DNA of 63,745 nucleotides, counting the filler, from Phoronis australis (Eukaryota > Animalia > Phoronida), in assembly GCA_002633005.1 (NCBI GenBank). It is 10 parts of 10 records of this genome, joined end to end, with 100 filler letters (N's around TTAATTAATTAA, not from the genome) between each part and the next. Parts side by side here need not be neighbours in the genome. Positions count along the whole stretch, not along the records: positions 61,093 to 63,745 come from NMRA01003520.1; 9 more parts are not named here. One strand, written 5' to 3'. Shown one piece after another: positions 60,993 to 63,745 of the stretch. The position numbers and the translations under genes are program-made. Each line of letters starts with the position of its first letter. Positions within the stretch are counted from its first letter, which is position 1. The notes beneath the pieces are model-generated. The model did not search any database. It worked only from the letters and a program-made list of their open reading frames with translations, and was not told the DNA's origin.

Positions 60993-61092
60993 NNNNNNNN
61001 NNNNNNNNNNNNNNNNNNNNNNNNNNNNNNNNNNNNTTAATTAATTAANNNNNNNNNNNNNNNNNNNNNNNNNNNNNNNNNNNNNNNNNNNN
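60993..61092. other. Artificial scaffold-joining spacer
   Basis: 44N-TTAATTAATTAA-44N. Confidence 0.95.
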
Positions 61093-63745
61093 ATCAAATC
61101 TTTCTTGGGTTTTCCCAAATGTTACGTATATTGATATCACTATCCTATCATACGTGTAACATTTCAGATTTTCAATAACAATACTTGGCTCACCTGTACG
61201 TTCAGGCAAAGAAAAATCAATCATTTTTAAACCCCTCCCCACGGTACTCCCCTCTAGGAAAAATGGGAGCCTTACCTGAAATTAATTTTTGCTAAACGTG
61301 ACCCTATTGGTGATACATTCAAATATTTGGTAATTCTTCTAATTTATAATTTCATATATGCTATTTAATCTCATTGTTCTTAATTTTGATAAATTGATCA
61401 CATGTCCATTATTTTTCCAATAGTAAATACACGTCAGTTACAACTTTTAACAGTTTATAGTTATTCACATCTTCAAATAATTTGCACAGCACTTGCCTGT
61501 GGAATCAATAATTTGTAAAACTTTGTATTCTATTTCCACCTCTTAATATTCCAATAATGACAGTCACTTCCAATCCAGCAAACAAACATGCAAAATGCCT
61601 CTCATAATCTCAAGTAAGTTTACTCCGTCACCACCACAAGAGACCATAATGTCAATTGAAGCCCCCAAAGCACACATTAAGAGTTTTTGTTTCCACAAAA
61701 AACGTGAAGTCAAAAGAACTCTGCATCCACTGGTCAAGAACAGTAACACCATGCCAATATTACTGCTCACTAATGTAGACAGCTACTCAACGAAAGGCTA
61801 AATATTCATCCTACATTCTACGTTTTTGTATCCAATATTAATTAAAGAATATACAAAATACTAGAATCTCACAATATATTAAATACTTTTTGGCATCAGA
61901 ATGTATATAGTACCTGAAGAGTTTCATGTTTTTAAAGACAATCTAACAAATGAACATACACATCACCCAACATCTCATACATATTAATTAACGACATCAC
62001 AAATATATTCCTTGAGCAACACAGACAATTGTGGCAGAATTTAAAATGAGGATTAATACTAATTCATCATTATTTGACAGCAAGCTGAATATAAATCTGG
62101 AGAAAAACACCTCTTATGTTTGATGCGAGTTCTGCGTTTTAACATGTCACCACTTCAGGAATAAAAAATAATTTGGGGAGAGCACTCGGGTTTAGACAAT
62201 CACAAAATCAATTAAAAATCGTCAAATATACGTGTTCTACCTCAACTGGAATAGAAGGAACTGTAACGCGGAAACAGTAAGTTTAGATGCAGTAGTTAAA
62301 AGAAGATCCAAACATACTTAATGACCAATACAATGTTTTACACTGATCACATTTGTAGCTAAATTTTGAGGTGCACGACATTTTTATTATCCATAGCTCA
62401 AACTTTAGAATTCTTTTACCTATATCACCATAAGATAAGCATTAGGAATCAACACTCATCCATCAACATCTATTACTTGGTCCACCAACACTTGACTTAA
62501 TTCTGGGGCAGTGTTGATCTGGATGGGAAACTTGCCCGCCCGTAATCATCACCAAGTGAAAACCAGAATGATCAAAAAATTCAGACTTACATGTCAATAA
62601 CTTGTACTTTTAATTTTTGCAATTAAGTTAAATTCAATCCTATTACCAGTGTAATTTACTTAGTCACATGTTAAAATCCAATGACAGACACAAGACAAGG
62701 TCACAAATTTATTACGTCAGCTGACCTGTAATCTGCATATTTCTGACAAAAAATGAAAGGGAGTTAATCGCAGTCTTGGCCAAGTATTTACATCCAATAC
62801 ATTATTCACAGGTACCTGTTTCATTACAGACTTTATTTCATCAATCAAAAATCAAATCGGTTGAGCAACTCCATTGTGGGGACATCGCCCAAGCACCTAC
62901 GACACCCACAGGCAATGTATTGACTAGATCAGTTAGATGGTATGACACATGACACTCGATTCACACATTCACTGAGCTAAGGTTCAATAGAATTTCATTT
63001 CAAGATATATATTGAAATGTTTGAATTGTCCAATGTTTTGATTCAAGAATACCAGTAAAAGGACTTGTCCTTCACCCTTACTAGTACCATGAAACGTAAA
63101 TGCATAATTAATTGAACCCTCATCATTCCAGTGAAGAATCAATATTATATTACAATAAAGGGTGATACAAAACAACTTTACATTAAGGCAAATGAGATAG
63201 CAGGCATCAAAGGAAATAATGCACTTTTGACATTTCCAGCTATCTGAGAATCCTGTACAACTAAATTCTTGTTACACAGTGTTCATATAAGCAATGTTTC
63301 AATAAAATGAACATTTCGCTAGACACTGCACACAAGGGATATGTCCATCAATTGAGCAAGTTTGTTTTAGTTTTTCACTTTATAAAAGAATAACAACCTC
63401 ACGAGGTAGGCTGCTGTCAGTGTTTCAAGTAATGCACATTATAAGCACCACCATTATTCATGTTGGATGTTAGGGTAACCACTAATGCACTGTTCCTTTG
63501 GCACATACAGTAGTTGACAAAATTTCTTTTCCTTGAAGACTTTTGACATTTTGAAACAATAATTTACCACAAATTTTCAAATAAATTAGCGTTATTTTTA
63601 TGTTTTTTAAAAAAATTCGATTGTATGTTGATGAAATTGCAATATACATGATTGTTGGCTGTCATCTCAATTATTGGAGGTGTTTATGCTGCCTGAATTA
63701 TAATTACAGAAAAACCTTATTGTTGGTGCACCCAGTACCAAGAAC

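Noticed and set aside
23079-61092. Regularly recurring TTAATTAATTAA as a biological repeat or CRISPR-like array
   Set aside because: It is always embedded in exactly 44+44 Ns, so it is a synthetic six-frame-stop linker.
61093-63745. Short ORFs on the last scaffold
   Set aside because: AT-rich, with no recognisable domain or convincing exon; likely intron or UTR.

Overview
Intron-rich, AT-rich animal genomic DNA whose repeat content is typical of a marine invertebrate; it is not prokaryotic and has no CRISPR or rRNA. The window is not one locus: nine 100-nt artificial spacers (44 N + TTAATTAATTAA + 44 N) join ten apparently unrelated scaffolds, so gene adjacency across them is meaningless. 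I reconstructed spliced gene fragments from GT-AG boundaries and phase compatibility: (1) the 3' end of a tandem MAM-domain protein (4 exons, +, 1981-15952) with a degenerate duplicate of its last exon; (2) the 3' end of a RHIM + death-domain protein with RIPK1/IMD-like architecture (3 exons, -, 26038-29315); (3) cytoplasmic aspartyl-tRNA synthetase (4 exons); (4) nephrocystin-4 (3 exons); (5) myosin XVIII (2 exons); (6) the C-terminal NBD2 region of an ABCA transporter (6 exons, one present twice); plus several unidentified candidate exons. Mobile DNA includes TTAA-flanked Kolobok-type elements (one with a KolX/P2X7-ballast-like remnant), a piggyBac-type MITE apparently seen as both filled and empty alleles, hAT-like MITEs with 5- and 6-bp duplications, Helentron-like HINEs, THAP remnants, an L1/Tx1 LINE 3' end, a tRNA-derived SINE head and several mini/microsatellites. 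The most interesting items are the canonical IQIG RHIM-death domain gene and a 112-bp duplication that creates a potential in-frame micro-exon in myosin XVIII. Protein family calls come from motif recognition; no database search was run.
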